Positions 9,547 to 19,811 of a stretch of 64,000 nucleotides of DNA are shown one piece after another (the stretch's first letter is position 1; every line of letters starts with the position of its first letter). Under the pieces are notes generated by a model. It was not told where the DNA came from and searched no databases. It saw only the letters and a program-made list of their open reading frames with translations. A program made the position numbers and the translations under genes. Source of the stretch: an uncultured Chitinophagaceae bacterium (GTDB lineage Bacteria > Bacteroidota > Ignavibacteria > UBA10030 > UBA8401); contig CAYJMS010000001.1 of the NCBI GenBank assembly GCA_964371615.1, positions 624,436 through 688,435 on the forward strand, read 5' to 3'.

Positions 9547-12500
9547 ATGAAAACAAAATATTCTTTCATCGTGCTTTTGGCATTGCTGATGACGATGAAC
9601 CTCGCCACTGCGAAAGCACCCGGTACATCGGCACAATCCGTTCTAAATAAGGCAGCAATTCAGCAATGGAAGTTCTTTGATGTCAATTCGATCTATTGTA
9701 CGATCAATAGTAATGGACCGTATGCCGATTATCTCAGAACAAATTCATCCGGACTGTTCTGGCCCAAAGGGACTGCAAAAACAGCTGTCTACACCGCCGG
9801 TATCTGGGTCATCGGTAGACACCGTCCGACCGGAAATCTGCGGACTGCGGTGCAGGACTACCAGACCGAATTCCAGTCCGGTCCGATCATTTCAACGTAT
9901 AATACAACAACAAATAGTATTACCAATATTGCCGATCCGAGTGATACAAAGTACCGAATCTATAAAGTCAGTAAAAAAGATTCGGTCGGCGGCAATCCTG
10001 ATTATGACAATTGGCCTGTCGATCTCGGCGCTCCCTATACGGAGCGGAACGGAACCGCAGGATACCAGGCAGGCGAAGATAAGCCGTTTTTGTGGGGCGA
10101 TCAGGTGTTATGGTGCGTGTATAATGACGGTAATCCGGGTCAACATGCGAATGCCGGCATCACCAATCCGATGGGTATTGAAGTGCAAACGACCTATTTT
10201 GGCTTCGATCAACCTGGCGCTCTCGGCAACATCATGTTCATGCGCTGGAAAGTGATCAACAAAAGCGATGCGGATTACGATAGTGTCTTTATATCCATGT
10301 GGTCAGATACCGATCTCGGCGATGCCAATGATGATTATGCTGCAATCGATACGGTTAGGAAATTAGCTTACGTTTACAACGGAGATAACGATGACGCAGG
10401 AGCAAGTGGATATGGGAACAGACCGCCGGCAGACGGATTCGTCTTCTTTCAGGGACCGGCTGTACCGGGCGCTCTAACGGATTCCGCTTTATTTGAAGGA
10501 AAAAAGAGAGCAGGATTAAAGAACATGCCCGGCACTTCCCATGCAGTATATTTTAACCAAGGTGTATGGCAAGATCCCCCGCTACGCGGAGCGGCTTTTG
10601 CCGAACAAGCATATAATTATCAGAACGGCTTGATCGGCGCAACCGGAGCACCGTTTATCAATCCGCAGACAAATCTCCCGAGTAAATTCGTATTTCCGGG
10701 AGATCCTGTAACGGAAACCGGTTGGACACAAAAAGCCTCCGGTCTCAATCCGGACGATGCCCGTTCTATGATCTCATCCGGTCCGTTCACACTCGCACAG
10801 GGGGATACGCAGGAGATTGTCGGCGGGTTTGTGATTGCACAGGGTGCCGATGCGCTGAACAGCATCTCGATTCTGCGTTTGTATACCAGCGTGGCTCAGG
10901 AAGCATTCGATGTGAACTTTGCATTGGCTTCACCGCCGCCGCAACCGACGATCACAGCAGGAGACTATTCCAACAAGATCGTATTGAATTGGGGCGATCC
11001 CGCCGCTCATACCGCAACTGAAACATACAATTTTGTCGGCGCGGCAAAGGATTACAAGTTCGAAGGATACAATATTTATCAGCATAGTGAACCAGTGTCG
11101 AAACCTCAGAAACTTGTCAAGATCGCTACGTATGATCTGGTCAACGGTGTGACTACTGTTATCGATAATGTCGTTGACGAAGAGACATCGTTGATTCTCG
11201 GCAAACCGGTCGCTTTCGGAACCGATAACGGGATTAAAAGACACATTGTGCTTGATAAGGATTATATTACCGATACAAAACTGGTGAATGGAAAAGAATA
11301 CTACTATTCGATTACATCATATGCGTTCAATCATGATCCGAACGGGATCACCTCCGGCATTCCGCAAGTACTGGAAAACAGCAAGTCGGTTTTTACTGTT
11401 GTGCCGCGACAAATACCTGCCGGTGATCAGCTGTCAATATTGAACGAACAGGTAGTGTTATCCAATCGTGCCATTAACGGTGATGATGCAGTTTCTCCGT
11501 TGGTGATCGATGCAAAACAATCCAATGGGGCCAATTACCAGGTCACATTTAACGGTGTCGATACAAATGTCACTTCTTGGAACCTGATACGAACCACCTT
11601 GGCAAAGGGCGGTGCTGTTGCCGCAATCGACACTGTTGTGCGTAACAATACGAATTTTACCGGAAATGATGTGTCACCTCTGGTAGACGGTATTATGTGG
11701 AGAGTAACGAAACCGAAAATAGGGCCGCGCAGTGACAGTCAAATTCCTCCCGGATATCAGTATTATCCGGCAACAACCGCACCATGGTTTACACCGATAA
11801 CGACAACTGAATCGCTAGGGAATTTTGACTCGACATACACCAGATCGATCGGATATCCTACAAAGGATAACTTCGTTGCAAAACAAAGCAAGGTGAAACC
11901 GAAGGATCTAAAGAAGGTAGAGATCCGGTTCAGCAATACCGTGACACAGAAAGCGTACAGATATGTCGATTTCAATGCTCCGGCGTTTGGAGTATTGCCA
12001 GTCCGCGATTCGTCGTTTATACCGTACTTAAAACACCGCGGTGCTGCCGGTGCATTTATTTATCAGGATTTTGTTGACGTTCCGTTCACGGTATGGGAAG
12101 TTGATTCGCTCGACGGTTCTCCGGCTCCGCGTCAAATAAATGCCGGCTTCCTTGAGAAGAACGATTCGATCTTCGCACCGACCGGTGGATTTGTCGGCCG
12201 TGGTGCTGTCAATGGTAAATGGGATCCTTCCCATTCCGGTTCAGGAGCTGCCGAAATGTTATTCATATTCGCCTCTGATTACAGCGCCGATACTCTTGCG
12301 ACATACTCGCGGAATCCATTGGCACCGACGAACAACACCCAATTCCTCAATCTAAGGACACAGCTCGACAGCGTTGATGTATATTATGTTATGTGGGTGA
12401 AGAGACGAGATTCTCTTGCAACGTTCGCGGCGGGAGACAAGTTCACCATTATCCCGAACTATCCGTTGGTTGCCGATCGTGTCTATAGTGTCTCTGTCCC

Positions 12501-12852
12501 GGCAAACATCAAGAGCGATCCGCAAAAGATCTCCGAAAACATGGCACGGATCAATGTTTATCCGAATCCGTATTATGGCAGCAACAGGGCAGAGACGAAT
12601 GCATATCAGCGGTTCGTAACATTCTCCAATTTGCCGCAGACTGCTACCATCCGCATCATCAATCTTGCGGGTGAACTTGTGAAAACAATTAACCATAATA
12701 ACACGACAGGATATGAACGGTGGGATCTGAGAAATGAGGTTGGACTTCCGGTATCGAGCGGTATGTATATCGCATTCATCGAAATTCCGAATGCAGGAAA
12801 CCGAACTCTTAAACTGGCGATCATTCAACCGGAAGAACGTCCAACACGGTAA
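9547..12852 (+). CDS. Large (1101 aa) secreted surface protein with an Fn3-like domain and a T9SS C-terminal sorting domain. Function unknown.
   Basis: AAGGAG RBS, signal peptide MKTKYSFIVLLALLMTMNLATA. Central Fn3-like segment (PPPQPTITAGDYSNKIVLNWGDP…YKFEGYNIYQ…GKEYYYSITSYAF). C-terminal Por-secretion-tail-like segment (…NVYPNPYY…TATIRIINLAGELVKTI…SGMYIAFIEI…). Sits 20 nt after the receptor stop. Confidence 0.6.
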   Translation: MKTKYSFIVLLALLMTMNLATAKAPGTSAQSVLNKAAIQQWKFFDVNSIYCTINSNGPYADYLRTNSSGLFWPKGTAKTAVYTAGIWVIGRHRPTGNLRTAVQDYQTEFQSGPIISTYNTTTNSITNIADPSDTKYRIYKVSKKDSVGGNPDYDNWPVDLGAPYTERNGTAGYQAGEDKPFLWGDQVLWCVYNDGNPGQHANAGITNPMGIEVQTTYFGFDQPGALGNIMFMRWKVINKSDADYDSVFISMWSDTDLGDANDDYAAIDTVRKLAYVYNGDNDDAGASGYGNRPPADGFVFFQGPAVPGALTDSALFEGKKRAGLKNMPGTSHAVYFNQGVWQDPPLRGAAFAEQAYNYQNGLIGATGAPFINPQTNLPSKFVFPGDPVTETGWTQKASGLNPDDARSMISSGPFTLAQGDTQEIVGGFVIAQGADALNSISILRLYTSVAQEAFDVNFALASPPPQPTITAGDYSNKIVLNWGDPAAHTATETYNFVGAAKDYKFEGYNIYQHSEPVSKPQKLVKIATYDLVNGVTTVIDNVVDEETSLILGKPVAFGTDNGIKRHIVLDKDYITDTKLVNGKEYYYSITSYAFNHDPNGITSGIPQVLENSKSVFTVVPRQIPAGDQLSILNEQVVLSNRAINGDDAVSPLVIDAKQSNGANYQVTFNGVDTNVTSWNLIRTTLAKGGAVAAIDTVVRNNTNFTGNDVSPLVDGIMWRVTKPKIGPRSDSQIPPGYQYYPATTAPWFTPITTTESLGNFDSTYTRSIGYPTKDNFVAKQSKVKPKDLKKVEIRFSNTVTQKAYRYVDFNAPAFGVLPVRDSSFIPYLKHRGAAGAFIYQDFVDVPFTVWEVDSLDGSPAPRQINAGFLEKNDSIFAPTGGFVGRGAVNGKWDPSHSGSGAAEMLFIFASDYSADTLATYSRNPLAPTNNTQFLNLRTQLDSVDVYYVMWVKRRDSLATFAAGDKFTIIPNYPLVADRVYSVSVPANIKSDPQKISENMARINVYPNPYYGSNRAETNAYQRFVTFSNLPQTATIRIINLAGELVKTINHNNTTGYERWDLRNEVGLPVSSGMYIAFIEIPNAGNRTLKLAIIQPEERPTR

Positions 12853-12881
12853 CCATCGTAATCAACAAGGAGATTACTACA

Positions 12882-13934
12882 ATGAAACATGCAAAATATT
12901 TAATGATCCTGCAGATATTCGTGTTGTGTCTATCGGTATCTGTGGTCTGGGCTGGAAATGACAGCAAACGAGGTGCTGCCGGCGGACTGGAAGTTCTTCT
13001 TCCCGTCGGTGCCCGCGGTCAGGCGTTAGGCGGAGCAAATCTTGCCACGACATCCGGCATTGAAGCCATTCACTGGAACCCCGCGGGTGTTGACAAGATT
13101 TCCGGCTCCGGCGAAGCGTTATTTTCACACACGAACTATATTGCCGATATCGGTCTAACCTATGGCGCAGTTGCAATCCATTCGGAAGGATTCGGATCTG
13201 TTGCGCTCAGCGTAAAGACGATCGATTTTGGAACCATTCCGGAAACATCGGAAGACTTTCCTGAAGGTACAGGGTCAACATTTGCACCTGTGTTTTCAGT
13301 GATTGGACTGACCTACTCAAGAATGTTGACAGATAGAATATCGGTAGGAACAACAGTAAAAGTGATCTCGGAAAATATCGGACGGACGAGCGCAACAGGA
13401 TTTGGTTTTGATGCCGGCGTGCAATACAGTTTCGCCAGCGATTCGCCGTTGAAAGGATTGAAATTCGCTGTCGCATTAAAGAATCTCGGTCCTACAATGA
13501 CGTATGATGGAACCGATCTGGAACGGACGATCAACGTACCGAATACCGCCGCAAATTCACCGCAGCGACAGTTGAAATTCACATCGCAGGCATTCGAACT
13601 GCCGTCAACGCTGGATCTCGGCGTCTCCTACGAATATTCCATTTCCGATATAAATCGGTTCACCGTGAATACGGTCTTCCAGAACAGCAATTATGGTTCC
13701 GACGAATATCGTGCCGGTATCGAATATGCGTTCAGCGAACAAATCTTTCTGCGGGGCGGTTATGCGTATATTCCGACGGTACAGGGTGGAACAATCTCGT
13801 CGATTTTTGGCATGTCGGCAGGTGCGGGATTCAATCTTGACCTTGGCGGCACGCAGGTTCGTGTCGATTATTCCTATCGAGATACTGAATATTTCCTGGG
13901 AACGAACACCGTTGCTGTGCAGTTGAATTTTTAG
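12882..13934 (+). CDS. PorV/PorQ-family (FadL-like) outer-membrane beta-barrel protein, T9SS-associated.
   Basis: Signal peptide, then an N-terminal segment GLEVLLPVGARGQALGGANLATTSGIEAIHWNPAGV. This resembles the G-x-GARA-x-GMGGA … WNPAG signature I associate with the PorV/PorQ family. Size is 350 aa. Sits 29 nt after a T9SS-cargo gene. Confidence 0.5.
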   Translation: MKHAKYLMILQIFVLCLSVSVVWAGNDSKRGAAGGLEVLLPVGARGQALGGANLATTSGIEAIHWNPAGVDKISGSGEALFSHTNYIADIGLTYGAVAIHSEGFGSVALSVKTIDFGTIPETSEDFPEGTGSTFAPVFSVIGLTYSRMLTDRISVGTTVKVISENIGRTSATGFGFDAGVQYSFASDSPLKGLKFAVALKNLGPTMTYDGTDLERTINVPNTAANSPQRQLKFTSQAFELPSTLDLGVSYEYSISDINRFTVNTVFQNSNYGSDEYRAGIEYAFSEQIFLRGGYAYIPTVQGGTISSIFGMSAGAGFNLDLGGTQVRVDYSYRDTEYFLGTNTVAVQLNF

Positions 13935-13958
13935 ATTCTCGTTTGTGATGCAATACCG

Positions 13959-13995
13959 AAGCCCTGCGTAGTCTGTACGCAGGGCTTTTCTTTTC
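13959..13995 (+). terminator. Rho-independent terminator ending the receptor / CTD-protein / PorV-like unit.
   Basis: Perfect 12-bp stem AAGCCCTGCGTA-gtctg-TACGCAGGGCTT followed by TTCTTTTC. Confidence 0.85.
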
Positions 13996-14018
13996 ATCCA
14001 CTTTTTTCTTGCAACGAA

Positions 14019-14867
14019 ATGCTCACAACGCTTATGGTAGTATGGCTGTTCGCTCCCGCCGATACGGCGTTATCCGGTGTTGTTCGGTCATCTGTAGAAA
14101 TTTTCGAGTCCGCACGGAGTCTTACCGTTGCGCCGAACGGTGAATTATACTGTATCGACGGTAAACGAAACACCGTCTACCATCTTTCCGGCGACGGCAC
14201 TGTGTTGAATACCATTGGCGGACAGGGATGGGGACAGCATGAGTTCGATGCGCCGACCGATGTCACGTCCACATTCCTTCTGGAGGTATTCGTTACGGAT
14301 TATAACAACAGACGAATCCAGCGATACGATAGGGATCTGCATTTTGTCCAGACGTATGACGAATCGACACTACCTCAATCCATCGGCCGATTTCAACCGT
14401 ATGCCAGTGCAGTGTCGAGACACGGCGAATTATTCATCGTCGAGAAGGACGGGAAGAGGATACTGAAATTGAACCGGCGAAATCAACTTGAAGCGGAATT
14501 CGGAACGTTTAGAGATGGGATCGGCGCGCTTGAACAGCCGGTTGATATTGCCGTCACTCCCGCCGATGAGGTTGTCGTGCTGGACAGGAGAAAAATTGCA
14601 TGGTTTGATATCTTTGGCAACGTCATGCGTACCATTCCGCTCGATAACAGAGATTGGAATAGCATTCATGCAACAGATGGATTCTTTGTCGTCACATCTT
14701 CATCCGAAATAGTCATCATCGCCACCGACGGCCGAGTCCGTCGATCCGTCACCGCGGGTGCTATTATCGGACTTCCCGCACAGGCGAAATTTAATGATGC
14801 GGCAATTGTGGGAGAATATCTCTTTATCCTGACCGGAACCGCGCTGTACCGTTGTTCGCTGCAGTAA
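14019..14867 (+). CDS. NHL-repeat / beta-propeller protein.
   Basis: Repeated motifs of the YVTDYNNRRIQRYD and ELFIVEKDGKRILKL type, typical of six-bladed NHL propellers. Confidence 0.45.
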   Translation: MLTTLMVVWLFAPADTALSGVVRSSVEIFESARSLTVAPNGELYCIDGKRNTVYHLSGDGTVLNTIGGQGWGQHEFDAPTDVTSTFLLEVFVTDYNNRRIQRYDRDLHFVQTYDESTLPQSIGRFQPYASAVSRHGELFIVEKDGKRILKLNRRNQLEAEFGTFRDGIGALEQPVDIAVTPADEVVVLDRRKIAWFDIFGNVMRTIPLDNRDWNSIHATDGFFVVTSSSEIVIIATDGRVRRSVTAGAIIGLPAQAKFNDAAIVGEYLFILTGTALYRCSLQ

Positions 14868-14930
14868 CAACTCCCTTCTGGCTTTCTCGTCAAATCTTTT
14901 CTATATTTCCTGCATCAATTACAGGCTCCC

Positions 14931-16301
14931 ATGACAGAAGAATTACTCGCACGGATTCAATTCGCATTCACTATCTCTTTCCATTACCTGTATCCTCCCC
15001 TGAGTATCGGTATCGGCATCCTTCTGGTTGTTATGGAAGGATTATATCTGAAGACTAAAAATGTGATGTATGAACGGATGACAAAATTCTGGGTAAAGAT
15101 CTTCGCCCTGACATTTGCCATGGGCGTTGCGACGGGAATAGTGATGGAATTCGAGTTCGGAACGAATTGGGCACGGTATTCCCGCTATGTCGGCGATGTG
15201 TTCGGCAGTGCGTTGGCGGCCGAAGGGATCTTTGCGTTCTTCCTGGAATCCGGTTTTCTTGCCGTGTTGGTGTTCGGTTGGAATAAAGTCTCTCCAAAGA
15301 TGCATTTTTTCTCCACCTGTATGGTGTCGCTCGGTTCGATGATGAGTGCAGTCTGGATCGTGATTGCCAATTCGTGGATGCATACGCCGGCCGGATTTCA
15401 TATTGTCGGCGAGGGAATGAATGCCCGGGCGGAAATTACCGATTTTTGGGAGATGGTATTCAATCCTTCGTCGATGGAACGGTTATCCCACGTTCTCAGC
15501 GGTGCATGGCTGGCCGGAGCGACGCTGGTTTTAAGCGTCAGCGCCTACTATATTCTCAAACAGCGGCATACAGACCTTGCCAAAGCGTCGATGAAAATTG
15601 CTGTTGTGCTGTTGACTTTCGCATCGTTCTTCCAGCTCTTTACCGGTCACCGTAACGCTGTGGTGATCAGCGAGCACCAGCCGGCGAAAATGGCCGCATT
15701 TGAAGCGCATTATGATTCGTCCTCTGTTGCGCCGTTTTACCTGTTTGGGTGGGTCAATGAGAAAGAGGAACGGGTTCAATTTGGCATCGCCGTTCCAGCG
15801 ATGTTGTCCTTCCTGATCTATGGCGATTTTCAGACACCGGTGACCGGCTTGCATGCGTTTGCACCGGAAGATCGTCCGCCGGTGAACATTGTTTTTCAAT
15901 TTTATCATTTGATGGTCGCGATCGGAATGATCCTGATCGCATTTTCCGTTTTGATGATCTTTCTCTGGTGGAAAGGACGGATGTTTGCGTATCCGTGGGT
16001 GCTTAAACTGTCCGTTATCATGGTTATCCTTCCGCAGATAGGCAATCAGGTCGGCTGGTTCGCGACGGAAATCGGACGGCAACCCTGGATTGTGTACGGA
16101 CTGCTCCGCACGAGCGACGCGTTTTCCAAGAATGTGACCGCGGGGCAAATATGGTTTTCGCTGATCCTGTTTACGGTGATCTACACGTTGCTGTTTGCAT
16201 TGTTTATTTTTCTGCTTGATCAGAAGATCAAACACGGGCCGGAGGATGACCGGGAAATGCCGTCAGAATTTGAGCATCAAAAACAAATATTTTCTACATA
16301 A
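14931..16301 (+). CDS. cydA: Cytochrome bd ubiquinol oxidase subunit I.
   Basis: Conserved CydA N-terminus [36 protein letters not shown], polytopic membrane protein, Q-loop region. Confidence 0.9.
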   Translation: MTEELLARIQFAFTISFHYLYPPLSIGIGILLVVMEGLYLKTKNVMYERMTKFWVKIFALTFAMGVATGIVMEFEFGTNWARYSRYVGDVFGSALAAEGIFAFFLESGFLAVLVFGWNKVSPKMHFFSTCMVSLGSMMSAVWIVIANSWMHTPAGFHIVGEGMNARAEITDFWEMVFNPSSMERLSHVLSGAWLAGATLVLSVSAYYILKQRHTDLAKASMKIAVVLLTFASFFQLFTGHRNAVVISEHQPAKMAAFEAHYDSSSVAPFYLFGWVNEKEERVQFGIAVPAMLSFLIYGDFQTPVTGLHAFAPEDRPPVNIVFQFYHLMVAIGMILIAFSVLMIFLWWKGRMFAYPWVLKLSVIMVILPQIGNQVGWFATEIGRQPWIVYGLLRTSDAFSKNVTAGQIWFSLILFTVIYTLLFALFIFLLDQKIKHGPEDDREMPSEFEHQKQIFST

Positions 16302-16351
16302 CACCGGTCTGTCAACGTCGATCTTTTTATTTTTAAGGATACCATTACCAT

Positions 16352-17383
16352 ATGGATTTTCCCGGACTCGATCTCAATCTTACCTGGTACATTCTTATCG
16401 GAGTGTTGCTGACGGGATATGCCATCCTTGACGGATTCGACCTTGGCGTCGGCGCGTTGCATCTGTGGACGCACAGCGATGATGACCGAAGGATTATGAT
16501 CAATTCCATAGGACCGGTATGGGACGGGAACGAAGTGTGGTTGGTAACAGGGGGAGGTGCGTTGTTCGCAGCATTTCCCGATGTGTATGCCACCGTCTTT
16601 TCGGGATACTATACGGCGATTATGCTGCTGCTGGCGATGCTGATTTTCCGCGCGGTGGCAATCGAATTTAGAAGCAAACAACCGATGCGGTGGTGGAGAC
16701 GAATGTGGGATACCGCGTTCAGTGTGGCCAGCATCCTTATTGCGCTATTGATGGGAATCGCACTTGGAAACGTTATCGTCGGATTGCCGATTGATGCAAC
16801 AAAAGAATTTTCCATTTCGTTTACCGATCTTTTGAATCCTTATGCCGTCCTCGTCGGAATCACAACAGTAGCCCTGTTTATGATGCACGGCGCCATCTAT
16901 GTCGTGATGAAAACCGACGGAGCGCTTCAGATGATGGTGCGCGGCTGGATCAACAATACGATTATCTTTTTCGTCATTTGTTACGTAACCACAACAATGT
17001 CCACCCTGCTGTATATGCCGCACATGTCCGAGCCCTTCAAGCAGCATCCGGAATATTTTGCGGTCGCACTGGCCGGCATGCTGGCGATTGCAAACATTCC
17101 GCGGGAGGTGCATCACCGCAGAGAATTCATGGCATTTCTTTCGTCGTGCGCCAGCATTGCCGCGTTGATGGCGCTTTTTGCCATCGGTATGTTCCCCAAT
17201 ATTGTTATGTCCAGCATCTCACCGGCGAATCACCTCACTATTTATTCCGCCGCTTCATCCCAAAAAACACTTGGAATTATGCTTACCGTCGCAATTATCG
17301 GAATCCCGTTTGTTTTGGCGTATACCATCAGTATTTATTGGATCTTCCGCGGGAAAGTACGTTTAGATTCGCTGAGTTATTAG
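16352..17383 (+). CDS. cydB: Cytochrome bd ubiquinol oxidase subunit II.
   Basis: N-terminus MDFPGLDLNLTWYILIGVLLTGYAILDGFDLGVGAL is typical of CydB. Immediately follows cydA. Confidence 0.9.
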   Translation: MDFPGLDLNLTWYILIGVLLTGYAILDGFDLGVGALHLWTHSDDDRRIMINSIGPVWDGNEVWLVTGGGALFAAFPDVYATVFSGYYTAIMLLLAMLIFRAVAIEFRSKQPMRWWRRMWDTAFSVASILIALLMGIALGNVIVGLPIDATKEFSISFTDLLNPYAVLVGITTVALFMMHGAIYVVMKTDGALQMMVRGWINNTIIFFVICYVTTTMSTLLYMPHMSEPFKQHPEYFAVALAGMLAIANIPREVHHRREFMAFLSSCASIAALMALFAIGMFPNIVMSSISPANHLTIYSAASSQKTLGIMLTVAIIGIPFVLAYTISIYWIFRGKVRLDSLSY

Positions 17384-17387
17384 TATA

Positions 17388-17681
17388 TTGGAGGAAATGT
17401 CCATGAAGGTGTTAACAGAGGCGTACGTACGCCGAAAATTAAAATCTCTCCCGGGGTGGAAAATCCGCGGGGCAACGATCCGAAAGGTGTTCAAAAAAAA
17501 GGATTTTGTACAGGCGATGGGATTCGTACAATCCGTCGCATTGTTGGCGGAAAAGATGGACCATCATCCCGATATCGATATTCGGTGGAACACGATCACC
17601 CTCGTACTCTCCACGCACAGCAAAGGCGGCATTACACCAATGGATATCGCCCTTGCACAACAGATCAATTCACTGAAATAA
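17388..17681 (+). CDS. Pterin-4a-carbinolamine dehydratase (PCD/DCoH family).
   Basis: 97 aa carrying the conserved …WKIRGATIRKVFKKKDFVQAMGFVQSVALLAEKMDHHPDIDIRWNTITLVLSTHSKGGIT motif. Confidence 0.8.
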   Translation: MEEMSMKVLTEAYVRRKLKSLPGWKIRGATIRKVFKKKDFVQAMGFVQSVALLAEKMDHHPDIDIRWNTITLVLSTHSKGGITPMDIALAQQINSLK

Positions 17682-17694
17682 CAAAGGACGCAGT

Positions 17695-18021
17695 ATGGCC
17701 AGCGAACAACGCATCCAAAAACTGAACGAGATACTGGAAAAAGATCCGAACGATACTTTTTCACGGTACGCACTTGCACTCGAATATATGGGTATGAGCG
17801 ATCTTCAAACTGCAATAGATGAACTCCAAAAAGTGATACAGCACGATCCGAAGTATATTCCCGGATACCATCAACTGGGACAAATTTTCGGCAGGCTGAA
17901 CAGAACGCAGGAAGCGAAGAATATCTACCGGAAGGGGATCGATATCGCTCAGCAATCGGGGGACGACAAGGAAGCGAAAGAAATGCGCGAGGAACTTGAA
18001 GAACTGGAAGACGAATGGTAA
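17695..18021 (+). CDS. Small TPR-repeat protein with an acidic C-terminus.
   Basis: Two TPR-like helices (YALALEYMGMSDLQTAIDELQKVIQHDPKYIPGYHQLGQIFGRL) and a C-terminal EE/LE-rich tail. Confidence 0.55.
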   Translation: MASEQRIQKLNEILEKDPNDTFSRYALALEYMGMSDLQTAIDELQKVIQHDPKYIPGYHQLGQIFGRLNRTQEAKNIYRKGIDIAQQSGDDKEAKEMREELEELEDEW

Positions 18022-18052
18022 TCAATTCTCTACACTCTAAACATGAGGTGCA

Positions 18053-18637
18053 ATGAAACTGCCCAAAGATCAGATCGTCGAGATCTTCAAGGAAACGAAT
18101 GCGCTGCTGGAAGGTCATTTTGTCTTAACATCCGGATTGCACAGCCCGCAATATTTCCAATGTGCCAAAGTGCTGCAATACCCGAAGTACCTGCATCTAC
18201 TTGCGGGAGATATCGCTTCGCATTATGAATATAGCGAAGTCGAATTGGTGATTTCTCCGGCCGTCGGCGGCATCGTCGTCGGAACAGAAGTCGGCCGCGT
18301 ACTCGGCGTTCGTACGATCTTTGCTGAACGGGAAAATGGTGCAATGGCGATGCGGCGGGGATTTGAGATCAAAAAAGGGGAACGGGTGCTTGTCGTCGAA
18401 GACGTAGTGACCACCGGCGGATCCGTCGATGAGATCATCGGACTGGTTCATCGGGCAGAAGCAAAACTGGTCGGCGTCGGATGTATTGTCGATCGAAGTA
18501 ACGGGAAAGCGAAATTTGAATCGAAGTTTTATTCGGTCATGGAGATGGAAGTGAAGACCTATCCGCCGGACGCAATACCGGAATCGCTGGCACACATCCC
18601 CGTGTCTAAACCCGGCAGCAGAGGATTGGAAAAGTGA
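18053..18637 (+). CDS. pyrE: Orotate phosphoribosyltransferase.
   Basis: Motifs LLEGHFVLTSGLHSPQYFQCAKVLQ and the PRPP-binding VLVVEDVVTTGGS. Confidence 0.9.
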   Translation: MKLPKDQIVEIFKETNALLEGHFVLTSGLHSPQYFQCAKVLQYPKYLHLLAGDIASHYEYSEVELVISPAVGGIVVGTEVGRVLGVRTIFAERENGAMAMRRGFEIKKGERVLVVEDVVTTGGSVDEIIGLVHRAEAKLVGVGCIVDRSNGKAKFESKFYSVMEMEVKTYPPDAIPESLAHIPVSKPGSRGLEK

Positions 18638-18662
18638 ATGATGATCGATCGATAAGCACACC

Positions 18663-19811
18663 ATGACGGAATTTCTGTTTGATAAGATCATGCGGTTCGG
18701 CGGAATCAATGAGCTGCTTGCCCATGCGATTTCGGGTATTTTGATTGCGGTCGGATTAGTGGTGTTCGGGAAAACAATCAAAATCCTCCTCAACACCGGT
18801 GTCCGGAAATTTATCACAAAAACGGAAAATGAAATAGATGATAAGATCCTCGACATCGTGCTGGAACGGATCATTGCTCTCTCGGGAATTTTAGGTCTCC
18901 ATTTCCTCATCCGGGAAATTAAAAAAGGGGCGCCAAGCGAAAATGTCTCGTTTCAATCGTACCTGGAATACTCTGAAATGGCTCTGCATGTCATTACGGT
19001 ATTCCTGTTCACATCGATCGCGATCAAGGTCTCTCACACCATCGTAACATCCGTCCTGTCTACAATAGCAAAGAAGAACGATTACGAACAATACGGTCAA
19101 TCACTTCCTCTGTTGGTAAACCGGATCATCTCTATCGTCATCATATCGTTGTCGGCCGTGATTGTGCTGGACAGGTTTGGGATGAATATCACCAGCATTC
19201 TGACCGTTCTGGGGGCGGGATCGTTGGCGATCGGATTTGCGGCACAGGATACGTTATCCAACATGATCTCGGGATTTATCATCATGATCGACCGTCCTTT
19301 TCGGGTCGGCGACAGGATACGGATACCGACCGGAGAGGTCGGCGATGTTTTTGAGATCGGACTTCGAAGCACCAAAATCCTCGATTTTGACAATAACCTG
19401 GTGGTGGTACCGAACAACGATCTCGTCAATACCCGGATCGTGAATTACGGGTATCCGAGAGGAGAGATTCGCTTAACGATCGAGATATCGGTGGCGTACG
19501 GCGTCGATATCGATCGGGTGAAAAAGATCATGATCGATGCCGCGGCCTCGCATCCCGACGTGTTGAAAGATCCTCCGCCGGAAGCATTTCTGATGAAATT
19601 AGCCGATTGGAGCCTGAATTTCACATTGTTCTGCCGGGTGCCCGATTTTAAGTTGCAGTTTAGAACAACCGAAGCGCTCCGGATCCACATCTACAATGTA
19701 TTAAATAAAGCAAAGATCGAGATACCGTTTCCTCAGCAGGTTATTCACCTTGCGAAACAAAATCATAATGCACTTCACCCTTCTCCGAAAAGAAAAAAAA
19801 TATCGCGGTAA
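18663..19811 (+). CDS. Small-conductance mechanosensitive channel (MscS family).
   Basis: TM helices followed by the MscS signature FAAQDTLSNMISGFIIMIDRPFRVGDRIRI. Confidence 0.85.
   Translation: MTEFLFDKIMRFGGINELLAHAISGILIAVGLVVFGKTIKILLNTGVRKFITKTENEIDDKILDIVLERIIALSGILGLHFLIREIKKGAPSENVSFQSYLEYSEMALHVITVFLFTSIAIKVSHTIVTSVLSTIAKKNDYEQYGQSLPLLVNRIISIVIISLSAVIVLDRFGMNITSILTVLGAGSLAIGFAAQDTLSNMISGFIIMIDRPFRVGDRIRIPTGEVGDVFEIGLRSTKILDFDNNLVVVPNNDLVNTRIVNYGYPRGEIRLTIEISVAYGVDIDRVKKIMIDAAASHPDVLKDPPPEAFLMKLADWSLNFTLFCRVPDFKLQFRTTEALRIHIYNVLNKAKIEIPFPQQVIHLAKQNHNALHPSPKRKKISR

Noticed and set aside
9547-12852. Considered calling the 1101-aa CTD protein PorU (T9SS sortase) because of its position before a PorV-like gene.
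   Set aside because: It has only two cysteines and no gingipain-like His…Cys catalytic arrangement. It is reported as a PorU-like context, not as PorU.
14007-14022. The 16-nt string TTGCAACGAAATGCTC occurs twice, at 14007-14022 and 20105-20120.
   Set aside because: A single exact 16-mer repeat in 64 kb is close to chance expectation (on the order of 0.5 expected pairs). The flanks share no similarity, and one copy is inside a coding region.
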